Source of the DNA: Eubacteriales bacterium
GTDB lineage: Bacteria; Bacillota; Clostridia; Oscillospirales; CAG-272
DNA length: 50,481 nt
Reading direction: 5' to 3'
Assembly: GCA_045532805.1 (NCBI GenBank)
Contig: JAZSGQ010000023.1
Span: forward strand, 1 to 50,481
The position numbers and the translations under genes are program-made. A model generated the notes under the pieces. That model searched no databases. It had not been told where the DNA came from and saw only the letters and a list, made by a program, of their open reading frames with translations. The stretch's first letter is position 1, and each line of letters begins with the position of its first letter. Below are positions 9,170 to 19,114 of this stretch, in pieces.

Positions 9170-9786
9170 TGCGCGCCGACAAGATCCGCGTCGCGGTACT
9201 CGTATCAGGCGGCGGCACCAATCTGCAGGCGATCATTGACGCATCTGCCGCGGGCAACATGCCGCACGCAGAACTCGCACTCGTGGTGTCGAACAAGGCA
9301 GGCGCTTTCGCACTGGAGCGCGCCGCAAAGGCGGGCATTCAGAGCGTGACGCTCCTCAAAAAGGAACTCGGCTCCGCCGAGGCCTTCGAAGAGGCACTGA
9401 TGAACACGCTGGCCGAGCACAAGATCGACCTTGTGGTGCTCGCGGGGTTCCTGGCTATTCTGTCCGAGAAATTCACCACCGCTTATCAAAGACGCATCAT
9501 CAACGTGCACCCCTCTCTGATCCCCTCGTTTTGCGGCAAGGGCTTTTACGGCCTGCGCGTGCACGAGGCGGCCCTCGCTTACGGTGTGAAGGTCACGGGT
9601 GCCACGGTACACTTTGTCAACGAAATTCCCGACGGGGGCGAGATCATTCTGCAAAAGGCAGTTGCCATCAAGGAAGGTGACACCCCCGAGATCCTCCAGC
9701 GCCGCGTGATGGAGGAAGCCGAATGGCTGTTGCTCCCCGCCGCGGTAGAACAGGTCGCCGCCGACCTTTGCAAAGAAAGAGGTTAA
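9169..9786 (+). CDS. purN: GAR transformylase
   Basis: VLVSGGGTNLQA, INVHPSLIP, GATVHFV; TGATG overlap with purM. Confidence 0.97.
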   Translation: MRADKIRVAVLVSGGGTNLQAIIDASAAGNMPHAELALVVSNKAGAFALERAAKAGIQSVTLLKKELGSAEAFEEALMNTLAEHKIDLVVLAGFLAILSEKFTTAYQRRIINVHPSLIPSFCGKGFYGLRVHEAALAYGVKVTGATVHFVNEIPDGGEIILQKAVAIKEGDTPEILQRRVMEEAEWLLLPAAVEQVAADLCKERG

Positions 9787-9787
9787 T

Positions 9788-10498
9788 ATGGATATTTACG
9801 CAACGCCGACCATCGGCGAGAGAATTTTCGGCAACCCCTACGTGGGTCGCGGCATTGTGCTTGGTGTCACGCCCGACAGCAAAAAGGCCGTCGCCGCCTA
9901 TTTCATTATGGGCCGTAGCGTCAACTCGCGCAACCGCGTGTTCTGCGAAGAGCCCGACGGCATTCGCACCGAGGCGTTCGATCCTTCGCTGATGAAGGAT
10001 CCTCACCTGATCATCTATCACCCCGTCCGTGAGATCGGACGTGGACTGATCGTGACCAACGGCGACCAGACCGATACGGTTTGGGAGTATCTCGCCAAAG
10101 GCGAGAGTTGGGAGACCGCATTGCGTACCCGCGAGTTTGAGGACGACGGTCCCAACTGGACGCCCCGCATCTCGGGTCTTGTGGCAGGTGACGGCAGTTA
10201 TAAACTGTCGATCCTCAAATCCGCCGATGCGGAAGGCAGTGCGTGCGCACGCTTCTTCTTCGAGTACCCGGCTCTTGCGGGTGTCGGTCATTTCCTGCAC
10301 ACCTACGTGACCGACGGCAACCCGATCCCCACCTTCCAGGGCGAGCCCGAGCGCGTCAGTATCCCCTCGGACATCGACACCCTCAAAGATATGATCTGGG
10401 AAAATCTTGACGAGAACAATAAGATCTCTCTGTTCGTTCGCTACACCGATCTGGAAACGGGCGAATTTGAGCAGCGTATCATCAACAAAAACGCGTAA
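9788..10498 (+). CDS. Stand-alone IMP cyclohydrolase (PurO-like family)
   Basis: NPYVGRGI, YFIMGRSVNSRNR, IVTNGDQTD, FEDDGPNWTPRISG. Confidence 0.85.
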   Translation: MDIYATPTIGERIFGNPYVGRGIVLGVTPDSKKAVAAYFIMGRSVNSRNRVFCEEPDGIRTEAFDPSLMKDPHLIIYHPVREIGRGLIVTNGDQTDTVWEYLAKGESWETALRTREFEDDGPNWTPRISGLVAGDGSYKLSILKSADAEGSACARFFFEYPALAGVGHFLHTYVTDGNPIPTFQGEPERVSIPSDIDTLKDMIWENLDENNKISLFVRYTDLETGEFEQRIINKNA

Positions 10499-10508
10499 GA
10501 GGTAGGAC

Positions 10509-11687
10509 ATGAAAGAATTTGAATTGAAATACGGCTGTAACCCCAATCAGAAGCCGGCTAAAATTTATATGGCAGACGGCTCGGAGCTGCCCATCAAGAT
10601 CCTGTGCGGCCGTCCCGGCTACATCAACTTCCTGGACGCATTCAACTCCTGGCAGCTTGTAAAGGAACTAAAGGCCGCGCTGGGTCTCCCCGCCGTGACC
10701 TCCTTCAAGCACGTCAGTCCCACCTCTGCCGCCGTCGGTATTCCGATGAGCGAAAAACTGATGAAGGCGTGCTTCGTCACGCCCGAAGAGGTCAGCACTC
10801 CTCTGGCGTGCGCTTACGCGCGTGCGCGCGGCACCGACCGTATGTGCTCCTTTGGTGACTGGGTGGCGCTCTCCGACGTATGTGACGTGCCCACCGCCAG
10901 ACTCATTCAGCGTGAGGTGTCCGACGGTATCATCGCCCCCGGCTACGAGCCCGAGGCACTTGAGATCCTGAAAAGCAAGCGCAAGGGCGCTTACAACATC
11001 GTCGAGATCGACGAGAACTATATCCCCGCCCCCGTGGAGACCAAGCAGGTCTTCGGCATCACCTTCGAGCAGGGACGCAACAACTTTGAGATCAACCGTG
11101 AACTCCTTGCCAATATCGTCACGGAGAATAAGGACCTGCCCGAGAGCGCGATCCGCGACCTGATCGTGTCGCTCATCACGCTCAAATACACCCAGTCCAA
11201 CTCGGTCTGCTACGCCGTGGACGGACAGGCCATCGGCGTGGGCGCGGGTCAGCAGTCGCGTATCCATTGCACGCGCCTTGCAGGCACCAAGGCCGACACG
11301 TGGTTCCTCCGTCAGCACGATAAGGTGCTGAACCTCCCCTTCCGCGCCGACCTCGCACGCCCCACGCGTGACAACGTGATCGACGGTTACATCAACCGCA
11401 ACGAGGAGGACGTTTGCGCCGACGGCAACTGGCAAAAGTACTTCACCGAGCAGCCCGCGCCCCTCACGGACGCGGAGATCCGCGCTTACCTGGACACCAT
11501 GGGGGGCGTTTCTCTCGGTTCCGACGCCTTCTTCCCCTTTGACGACAACGTTCAACGCGCCGCCGCCAGCGGTGTCAAGTACGTCGCAGAGCCCGGCGGC
11601 TCGATCCGTGACGACGCCGTGATCGACTGTGCCAACAAGTACGGCATGGTGATCGCCTTCACGGGTATGCGCCTGTTCCACCACTGA
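10509..11687 (+). CDS. purH: AICAR formyltransferase lacking the N-terminal IMP cyclohydrolase domain
   Basis: Starts at LKYGCNPNQ; SFKHVSP, GQQSRIHCTRLA, SDAFFPF, MRLFHH. Confidence 0.93.
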   Translation: MKEFELKYGCNPNQKPAKIYMADGSELPIKILCGRPGYINFLDAFNSWQLVKELKAALGLPAVTSFKHVSPTSAAVGIPMSEKLMKACFVTPEEVSTPLACAYARARGTDRMCSFGDWVALSDVCDVPTARLIQREVSDGIIAPGYEPEALEILKSKRKGAYNIVEIDENYIPAPVETKQVFGITFEQGRNNFEINRELLANIVTENKDLPESAIRDLIVSLITLKYTQSNSVCYAVDGQAIGVGAGQQSRIHCTRLAGTKADTWFLRQHDKVLNLPFRADLARPTRDNVIDGYINRNEEDVCADGNWQKYFTEQPAPLTDAEIRAYLDTMGGVSLGSDAFFPFDDNVQRAAASGVKYVAEPGGSIRDDAVIDCANKYGMVIAFTGMRLFHH

Positions 11688-11705
11688 TAAGGAGATACGG
11701 CAGGA

Positions 11706-12971
11706 ATGAATATTTTAGTCGTTGGCGGTGGCGGCCGTGAGCACGCCATCATCAAAAAATTAAAAGAAAGCCCCAAGGCAGAAAAAATCTATGCCCTGCC
11801 CGGTAACGGCGGCATCGCCGCCGATGCCGAGTGCTATCCCATCAAAGCGACCGATATCGAGGGCATCGTGGCGTTTGCCAAGTCGCACCCCGTGGATTTC
11901 GCCGTAGTCGCACCCGACGATCCGTTGGTGCTCGGTTGTGTGGACCGTCTGGAGGCCGAGGGCATTCCCTCTTTCGGTCCTCACGCGAATGCCGCCATCA
12001 TCGAGGGCAGTAAGGTCTTTTCCAAGGAACTGATGCACAAATACGGCATTCCCACCGCGGCAAGCGAGACCTTCGACGATCCCGACAAGGCCATCGCCTA
12101 TCTTGCAGGGCAGGACTATCCCACCGTCATCAAGGCGGACGGTCTGGCCCTGGGCAAGGGCGTGGTGATCGCGCAAAACTTTGAGGAGGCAAGCGGGGCC
12201 GTCAAGGAAATGATGTGCGACAAGGTCTTCGGCGAGAGCGGCAGTCGCATTCTCGTTGAGGAATTTATGACGGGTCCCGAGGTGTCCGTGCTGGCCTTTA
12301 TGGACGGCAAGACCGTGGTGCCGATGGTTTCCGCTATGGATCACAAGCGCGCAAAGGACAACGACGAGGGCCTCAACACGGGCGGCATGGGCACCGTCGC
12401 GCCCAACCCCTACTTTACCGCCGAGGTGGCGGCAGAGTGCATGGAAAAGATCTTCGTCCCCACCATGAACGCGATGAACGCCGAGGGCCGCACCTTCAAG
12501 GGTTGCCTGTTCTTCGGTCTGATGATCACCCCCAAGGGTCCCCGCGTGATCGAATACAACTGCCGCTTCGGCGACCCCGAAACGCAGGTCGTGCTCCCGC
12601 TTCTTCAAAGCGACCTTCTCACGATCATGCAAGCCGTTCACGATGAACGCTTGTCCGAGGTCGAGGTCAAATTTTCCACGGGCGCCGCGTGCTGTGTCGT
12701 GCTTGCCTCCAACGGCTACCCCAAAAAATACGACAGCGGCTTTGAGATGACCCTGCCCGAGACAGCCGAGAACGAGCATCTGTTCGTCGCAGGCGCAAAA
12801 CTGGAAGGCGACAAACTCCTCACCGCAGGCGGCCGTGTGATCGGCGCCGTGGCAACCGCCGAACATCTTGAGGCGGCCATCCAGCACGCCTACGAAGTAG
12901 CCGAGCGGGTACAGTTTGAAAACAAATATTGCAGACGCGACATCGGGGCACGCGCCCTTGCCGCCAAATAA
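11706..12971 (+). CDS. purD: Phosphoribosylamine-glycine ligase
   Basis: GGGGREHA, KADGLALGKGV, NTGGMG, EYNCRFGDPETQ. Confidence 0.97.
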   Translation: MNILVVGGGGREHAIIKKLKESPKAEKIYALPGNGGIAADAECYPIKATDIEGIVAFAKSHPVDFAVVAPDDPLVLGCVDRLEAEGIPSFGPHANAAIIEGSKVFSKELMHKYGIPTAASETFDDPDKAIAYLAGQDYPTVIKADGLALGKGVVIAQNFEEASGAVKEMMCDKVFGESGSRILVEEFMTGPEVSVLAFMDGKTVVPMVSAMDHKRAKDNDEGLNTGGMGTVAPNPYFTAEVAAECMEKIFVPTMNAMNAEGRTFKGCLFFGLMITPKGPRVIEYNCRFGDPETQVVLPLLQSDLLTIMQAVHDERLSEVEVKFSTGAACCVVLASNGYPKKYDSGFEMTLPETAENEHLFVAGAKLEGDKLLTAGGRVIGAVATAEHLEAAIQHAYEVAERVQFENKYCRRDIGARALAAK

Positions 12972-12981
12972 GGGAGACAGT

Positions 12982-15900
12982 ATGGTTTATAGAGTATACG
13001 TAGAGAAAAAGCCCGAGCTCGCACACGAGGCCGCAGGTCTTCTTGGCGAACTGAAAAATCTGGTCGGCATCAAGGCACTGGAATCGGTGCGTGTCATCAA
13101 CCGCTATGACGTGGAGAACATTGACGAGGCACTCTTCGGCGCGGCCGTCCGCACCATTTTCTCCGAGCCCCAGCTTGACGTTGTCAGCGATACGCTTGAC
13201 GCCAAGGGCGGCACCGTGTTCGCCGTAGAGCCGTTGCCAGGTCAGTTTGATCAGCGCGCCGACTCCGCCGCACAGTGCATTCAGTTGCAGAGTCAGGGCG
13301 AGCGCCCCACCGTGCGCTCCGCCAAAGTCTATGTGCTCAGCGGCGCTCTCACCGACGCCGACGTGGCCGAGATCAAAAAATTCGTCATCAACACCGTAGA
13401 GAGCCGCGAGGCCTCGCTGGACAAGCCCGAAACGCTTGCCATTCAGTACGCCATTCCCGCCACGGTCGCAACCGTCGAGGGCTTTACCGCACTGAACGAC
13501 AAGGGGCTTGCTGACTTGCTGGACAACCTCGGCCTTGCCATGGACGTGGACGATCTCAAGTTCCTGCAGGGCTATTTCCGTGACGAGGAAAAGCGCGACC
13601 CCACCATCACCGAAATCCGCGTGGTCGATACCTATTGGTCCGACCACTGCCGCCACACCACCTTCTCCACCCACATCGACAGCGTCAAGATCCACGATAA
13701 GGCAGTACAGGCCGCCTACGAGCGCTACCTCGCCGCCCGTGTGGAGGTCTACGGTGAGGAAAAGGCCGCCAAGCGTCCGCAAACGCTCATGGACATCGCC
13801 ACCATCGGTGCCAAGGTCCTCAAAAAAAGAGGCCTGCTCCCCGAACTTGACGAGAGTGAGGAGATCAACGCCTGCTCGATCCACGTCACCGCAAAGGTGA
13901 ACGGCGAGGACCAGGATTGGCTCTTGATGTTCAAGAACGAAACGCACAACCACCCCACCGAGATCGAGCCCTTCGGCGGTGCCGCCACCTGTATTGGCGG
14001 CTGTATCCGCGATCCCCTCTCGGGACGCGCTTACGTACATCAGGCGATGCGCGTCACAGGCGCAGGTGACCCCCGCAAAAAACTTGCAGACACCCTCCCG
14101 GGCAAACTCCCCCAGAGAAAACTCTGCCAGACCGCGGCCGCGGGCTATTCCTCCTACGGCAACCAGATCGGTCTTGCTACGGGACATGTGGCCGAGATCT
14201 ATCATGACGGCTACGTAGCCAAGAGACTGGAGTGCGGTGCCGTTGTGGCCGCCGCCCCCGCTTATAACGTGCGCCGCGAGCGCCCCGTCCCCGGCGACGT
14301 CGTCATTCTGCTTGGCGGTCGCACGGGCCGTGACGGCATCGGCGGTGCAACGGGCTCCTCCAAGAGCCACAATATGAAATCGCTTGCCACCATGGCATCC
14401 GAAGTGCAAAAGGGCAACGCCCCCGAGGAGCGCAAGATCCAGCGCCTGTTCCGCAACGCCGAGGTCACACGCCTTGTCAAGCGTTGCAACGACTTTGGTG
14501 CAGGCGGTGTCTCCGTCGCCATCGGCGAACTTGCCGACGGCCTTCGCATTGACCTGGACGCCGTACGCAAGAAGTACGATGGCCTGGACGGCACCGAACT
14601 TGCCATCTCCGAATCGCAGGAGCGTATGGCAGTGGTGGTCCCCGCCGTGGACGCCGATGCCTTCATCGCCTTTGCCGAGGCCGAGAACCTGGAGGCCTAC
14701 CGCGTGGCAGTCGTCACCAAGGAGGCGCGCATGGTCATGTCCTGGAAGGGACAAACGATCGCCGACCTCTCCCGCGATTTCCTCAACACCAACGGCGCGG
14801 ATAAGCACACCGCCGTAGCAGTGGAGGAAAAGGATCTGTCTGTGTTCAGCCGCGCCATGTACGGCTCGCTCCGCGAGATGGCGACCGACCTCAAGACAGC
14901 AAGCCGCCGCGGACTTGTAGAGCGCTTTGACGGCTCGATCGGCGCGGGCTCCGTGCTGATGCCCTTCGGCGGTAAAACGCAGAGAACGCCCGCACAGGCC
15001 ATGGCGGCGCTCCTGCCCGTCCTTCCCGGACAGAGCACCGACCAGGCAAGTGTCATGGCCTGGGGTCTGGACCCCGATCACATGAGCGTTGACCCCTACA
15101 CGGGTGCACACGCCGCCGTTTATACCTCTATGGCCAAACTTGTGGCCGCAGGTGCGGACTATAAGGCCGCATATCTGACGTTGCAGGAGTTCTTTGAGAA
15201 ACTCCGTAGTGACTCCACCCGTTGGGGCAAGCCCTTTGCGGCTCTGCTCGGCGCAATGGACGCACAGTTGGAACTCGGCGCCGCCGCCATCGGCGGTAAG
15301 GACTCCATGTCGGGTACCTTCCTGGATATGGACGTGCCCCCCACGCTGATCTCCTTTGCCATCGCCCCCGTCAAGGCAGACGAGGTGCTTTCCCCCGAAT
15401 TCAAGGAAGCGGGCCACCCCGTCTACCTGTTTGCTCCCACGGACGAGAGCGCCGAGAGCCAGAAGGCCGCTTGGGAGTCCTTCTACGCCCTGCACAAAGC
15501 AGGTAAGATCCGCGCCGCTTGGGCTGTGGAAAACGGTCTTTCCGAGGCCGTGATGAAGATGTCCTTCGGCAACGGGATCGGCTTCAAGTCCTGCGGCAAG
15601 GTAGGAGATCAGTGGCATCTCCCCTTCTACGGTTTTATCGTGGCCGAACTGTGCGAGGAGATCGACGCACCCTTTGCCATGCAGATCGGTGAAACCACCG
15701 CCGATCCCGAAATCGTACTGGACGGCGACCGCGCAAGCGTTGCCGAGTTGCTTGCACTCAATGAAGCAACGCTCGAAGGCGTTTACCCCACCGTCGCACC
15801 CACCAAGGAGAAGGAAGCCCCCGTATTTGCTTACGATAAGGGCACGAACGCCGCACCCGCGATCAAGTGCGCAAGCCCCCGCGTGCTGATCCCCGTATTC

Positions 15901-16671
15901 CCGGGAACGAACTGTGAGTACGATTCCGCACGCGCTATGGAAAACGCAGGTGCCGAAGCGGATATCGTGGTCATTCGCAACCTCACCGCCGATGACGTGG
16001 CAAGAAGCGTCGAGGTGGTAGCAAACAAACTCGCCGAAAGCCAGATGGTCTTTATCCCCGGTGGCTTCTCGGGTGGTGACGAGCCCGACGGCTCCGCCAA
16101 GTTCATCACCGCCTTCTTCCGTAACCCTGCCATCAAGGAGCAGGTCACGAAACTGCTGGATGACCGCGACGGTCTGATGCTGGGTATCTGCAACGGCTTC
16201 CAGGCCCTCATTAAACTGGGTCTTGTGCCCTTTGGCAAGATCATGGATACCGACGCCGATTGCCCCACGCTGACCTATAACATCATCGGTCGCCACCAGT
16301 CCAAACTGGTGCGCACCCGCGTTTGTACCAACAAGTCCCCCTGGCTCGCCGAAACCCGTGTGGGTGATATCTACACCGTGCCGATCTCACACGGCGAAGG
16401 ACGCTTCCTTGCGTCCGAGGAACTGGTGCGCGAACTTGCCGCAAACGGCCAGATCGCCACGCAGTACGTCGATCTTGAGGGCAACCCCTCTCTTGACACC
16501 GCCTTCAATCCCAACGGCTCCATCTGCGCCGTGGAGGGTATCCTCTCTCCCGACGGCCGCGTGCTCGGCAAGATGGGTCACTCCGAGCGTTACGGCAAGA
16601 ATCTCTACCGCAACGTGATGGGTGAATACGATATGGGACTGTTCCGTTCCGCTGTCAAGTACTTCAAATAA
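12982..16671 (+). CDS. purL: FGAM synthase, single-chain clostridial type (synthetase plus glutaminase)
   Basis: WSDHCRH, KNETHNHPT, DFGAGG; glutaminase motifs FPGTNCE, GICNGFQ, MGHSER. Confidence 0.96.
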   Translation: MVYRVYVEKKPELAHEAAGLLGELKNLVGIKALESVRVINRYDVENIDEALFGAAVRTIFSEPQLDVVSDTLDAKGGTVFAVEPLPGQFDQRADSAAQCIQLQSQGERPTVRSAKVYVLSGALTDADVAEIKKFVINTVESREASLDKPETLAIQYAIPATVATVEGFTALNDKGLADLLDNLGLAMDVDDLKFLQGYFRDEEKRDPTITEIRVVDTYWSDHCRHTTFSTHIDSVKIHDKAVQAAYERYLAARVEVYGEEKAAKRPQTLMDIATIGAKVLKKRGLLPELDESEEINACSIHVTAKVNGEDQDWLLMFKNETHNHPTEIEPFGGAATCIGGCIRDPLSGRAYVHQAMRVTGAGDPRKKLADTLPGKLPQRKLCQTAAAGYSSYGNQIGLATGHVAEIYHDGYVAKRLECGAVVAAAPAYNVRRERPVPGDVVILLGGRTGRDGIGGATGSSKSHNMKSLATMASEVQKGNAPEERKIQRLFRNAEVTRLVKRCNDFGAGGVSVAIGELADGLRIDLDAVRKKYDGLDGTELAISESQERMAVVVPAVDADAFIAFAEAENLEAYRVAVVTKEARMVMSWKGQTIADLSRDFLNTNGADKHTAVAVEEKDLSVFSRAMYGSLREMATDLKTASRRGLVERFDGSIGAGSVLMPFGGKTQRTPAQAMAALLPVLPGQSTDQASVMAWGLDPDHMSVDPYTGAHAAVYTSMAKLVAAGADYKAAYLTLQEFFEKLRSDSTRWGKPFAALLGAMDAQLELGAAAIGGKDSMSGTFLDMDVPPTLISFAIAPVKADEVLSPEFKEAGHPVYLFAPTDESAESQKAAWESFYALHKAGKIRAAWAVENGLSEAVMKMSFGNGIGFKSCGKVGDQWHLPFYGFIVAELCEEIDAPFAMQIGETTADPEIVLDGDRASVAELLALNEATLEGVYPTVAPTKEKEAPVFAYDKGTNAAPAIKCASPRVLIPVFPGTNCEYDSARAMENAGAEADIVVIRNLTADDVARSVEVVANKLAESQMVFIPGGFSGGDEPDGSAKFITAFFRNPAIKEQVTKLLDDRDGLMLGICNGFQALIKLGLVPFGKIMDTDADCPTLTYNIIGRHQSKLVRTRVCTNKSPWLAETRVGDIYTVPISHGEGRFLASEELVRELAANGQIATQYVDLEGNPSLDTAFNPNGSICAVEGILSPDGRVLGKMGHSERYGKNLYRNVMGEYDMGLFRSAVKYFK

Positions 16672-16683
16672 GGAGTCAGGGCT

Positions 16684-18357
16684 ATGGCATTTTTAACCGA
16701 TATTGAGATCGCGCAAAGCGCGAAAATGCAACCCATTACCGCAATTGCCGCAAAGGCGGGCGTGCCCGAGGACGCACTCGAGCAATACGGCCGCTATAAG
16801 GCCAAGGTGGACTACAATCTGCTGAACACCTCCACCCGCAAAGACGGTAAATTGATCCTTGTCACCGCCATTACGCCCACGCCCGCAGGCGAGGGAAAAA
16901 CCACCACCACCATCGGTCTTGCCGACGGCCTTTCCCGTACCGGCAAGAGCGTGGCCGTGGCGCTGCGCGAGCCCTCCTTGGGGCCCGTATTCGGTATCAA
17001 AGGCGGCGCCGCAGGCGGCGGTTATGCGCAGGTGGTACCCATGGAGGACATCAACCTCCACTTCACGGGCGACTTCCACGCCATCGGTGCCGCCAACAAC
17101 CTCGTTGCCGCTATGCTGGATAACCACATTCATCAGGGCAACGCGCTTCAGATCGACACGCGCCGCATCACCTGGAAGCGTTGTGTGGATATGAATGACC
17201 GCCAACTCCGCTTTGTAACCGACGGTCTTGGTGGCCGCATCAACGGCGTGCCGCGTGAGGACGGCTTTGACATCACCGTTGCCTCCGAGATCATGGCCGT
17301 GTTCTGCCTTGCCTCCTCGATGAGAGATCTCAAGGAGCGCCTTTCTCGTATCGTGGTGGCCTATACCTTTGACGAATCCCCCGTAACGGTGGGAGATATC
17401 GGCGCAACGGGCGCCGTCGCCGCACTGCTGAAGGACGCACTGAAACCCAACCTCGTGCAGACCCTGGAGGGCACACCTGCCTTTGTGCACGGCGGTCCCT
17501 TCGCCAACATCGCACACGGTTGTAACTCGGTGATCGCCACCCGTATGGCGATGAAACTCGCCGACTACGCCGTGACCGAGGCGGGCTTTGGCGCGGATCT
17601 GGGCGCCGAGAAATTCCTTGACATCAAGTGCCGTGCCGCAGGGCTTCGCCCCGCCGCCGTGGTACTGGTTGCCACCGTCCGCGCACTGAAGATGCACGGC
17701 GGCCTGCCCAAGACCGCACTTGGCGAGGAAAATCTCACGGCACTCGAGGCGGGTCTGCCGAATCTGCTCCGCCACCTCTCCAACATCAAGGACGTCTACC
17801 GTCTGCCCGCCGTGGTAGCGGTCAACCGCTTCCCCACCGATACCGATGCCGAGATCGCACTGGTCATGGAAAAATGCCGCGAAATGGGCGTCAACGTGGT
17901 GCTCTCTACCGTCTGGGCAGAGGGCGGCAAGGGCGGCGTGGCGCTCGCCGAAGAGGTGGTACGCCTTTGTGAACAGGACAACGGGTTCACCTTCGCTTAC
18001 GACACCGATGCCACCATCGAGGAAAAGGTCGCTACCATCGTGAAGCGCATTTACCGTGGCAACGGGGTGACTTTTACCCCCCAGGCGAAAAAGCAACTCG
18101 CCACGCTCGTGGCACACGGCTTCGACAAACTCCCCGTTTGTATGGCCAAAACGCAGTACAGCTTTTCGGACGATGCCGCACTGCTCGGCGCACCCGAGAA
18201 CTTCACCGTCACCGTCCGCAACCTCAAGGTCAGCGCGGGCGCGGGCTTCGTGGTCGCACTCACGGGTGACATCATGACGATGCCGGGGCTTCCCAAATCC
18301 CCCGCGGCGCTCCGTATCGACGTGGACGACGAGGGTAAGATCTCGGGACTGTTCTGA
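16684..18357 (+). CDS. fhs: Formate-tetrahydrofolate ligase
   Basis: [42 protein letters not shown]. Confidence 0.98.
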   Translation: MAFLTDIEIAQSAKMQPITAIAAKAGVPEDALEQYGRYKAKVDYNLLNTSTRKDGKLILVTAITPTPAGEGKTTTTIGLADGLSRTGKSVAVALREPSLGPVFGIKGGAAGGGYAQVVPMEDINLHFTGDFHAIGAANNLVAAMLDNHIHQGNALQIDTRRITWKRCVDMNDRQLRFVTDGLGGRINGVPREDGFDITVASEIMAVFCLASSMRDLKERLSRIVVAYTFDESPVTVGDIGATGAVAALLKDALKPNLVQTLEGTPAFVHGGPFANIAHGCNSVIATRMAMKLADYAVTEAGFGADLGAEKFLDIKCRAAGLRPAAVVLVATVRALKMHGGLPKTALGEENLTALEAGLPNLLRHLSNIKDVYRLPAVVAVNRFPTDTDAEIALVMEKCREMGVNVVLSTVWAEGGKGGVALAEEVVRLCEQDNGFTFAYDTDATIEEKVATIVKRIYRGNGVTFTPQAKKQLATLVAHGFDKLPVCMAKTQYSFSDDAALLGAPENFTVTVRNLKVSAGAGFVVALTGDIMTMPGLPKSPAALRIDVDDEGKISGLF

Positions 18358-18368
18358 TCTTTCCTTGC

Positions 18369-18397
18369 AAAAACGGGAGGGCGCGCCCTCCCGTTTT
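18369..18397. terminator. pur operon terminator
   Basis: AAAACGGGAGGGC-GC-GCCCTCCCGTTTT. Confidence 0.8.
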
Positions 18398-18502
18398 CCT
18401 TTTTTAATTATTTTTTCAAAAAAACAAATTTTTTTGATAGATTTTCCTCTTTTTTTCGACCTTTATAGTAGAGCACCAATGCTCACAAGGAAGGAGAAGT
18501 CT

Positions 18503-19114
18503 ATGAAACAGGAACATCAGATGCCGATCAGGTCCCAAGCCCCCGCCTTTATGGCCGATGGGGATATCGTGGAGCTTTATTGGCAGCGCAACGAAAAGGC
18601 GATCGAGGAGACCGACCGCAAGTACGGAAAATATCTCTACGTCGTCGCCTACAACATCGTTCACGACCGCTTGGATTGCGAGGAGTGTCTGAACGATACC
18701 TATCTTGGCACCTGGAACAGGATCCCCCCGCACCGCCCCAGCGTGTTTCAGGTATTTCTCTCGCGCATTATGCGCAATATCGCCGTGGATAAGCTGCGCG
18801 CGAACACCGCGCACAAGCGCGTACCATCTGAAATGATGGTATCGCTTGACGAGCTGAACGACTGCATCTCAAGCGACCCGCCTCTGGAGGAGGAGGTCGC
18901 CATCAAGGAGCTTTCGCGCGTGCTCAACGACTATCTGCGCACACTCAACGACCGCGAGCAATTCGTGTTCGTTTGCCGCTACTACTATGCGGACAAGGTC
19001 TCCTCCATCGCGCGTATGCTGCAGGTGGGCGAGGCAACCGTGTTCCGCGAGCTTTCCGCGATCCGCGAGGGGCTCAAAAAACATCTGGAGAAGGAGGGCT
19101 TTGACCGTGGATAA
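18503..19114 (+). CDS. ECF-type RNA polymerase sigma factor
   Basis: Region 2 DCEECLNDTYLGTW...FLSRIMRNIAVDKLR; region 4 LNDREQFVFVCRYY...SIARMLQVGEATV; AAGGAG RBS. Confidence 0.9.
   Translation: MKQEHQMPIRSQAPAFMADGDIVELYWQRNEKAIEETDRKYGKYLYVVAYNIVHDRLDCEECLNDTYLGTWNRIPPHRPSVFQVFLSRIMRNIAVDKLRANTAHKRVPSEMMVSLDELNDCISSDPPLEEEVAIKELSRVLNDYLRTLNDREQFVFVCRYYYADKVSSIARMLQVGEATVFRELSAIREGLKKHLEKEGFDRG

Noticed and set aside
12820-16296. Very long antisense ORFs (also 25326-28616, 3353-5122, 16693-18117 and others)
   Set aside because: They mirror well-supported + strand genes; biased codon usage removes antisense stop codons; no recognisable motifs
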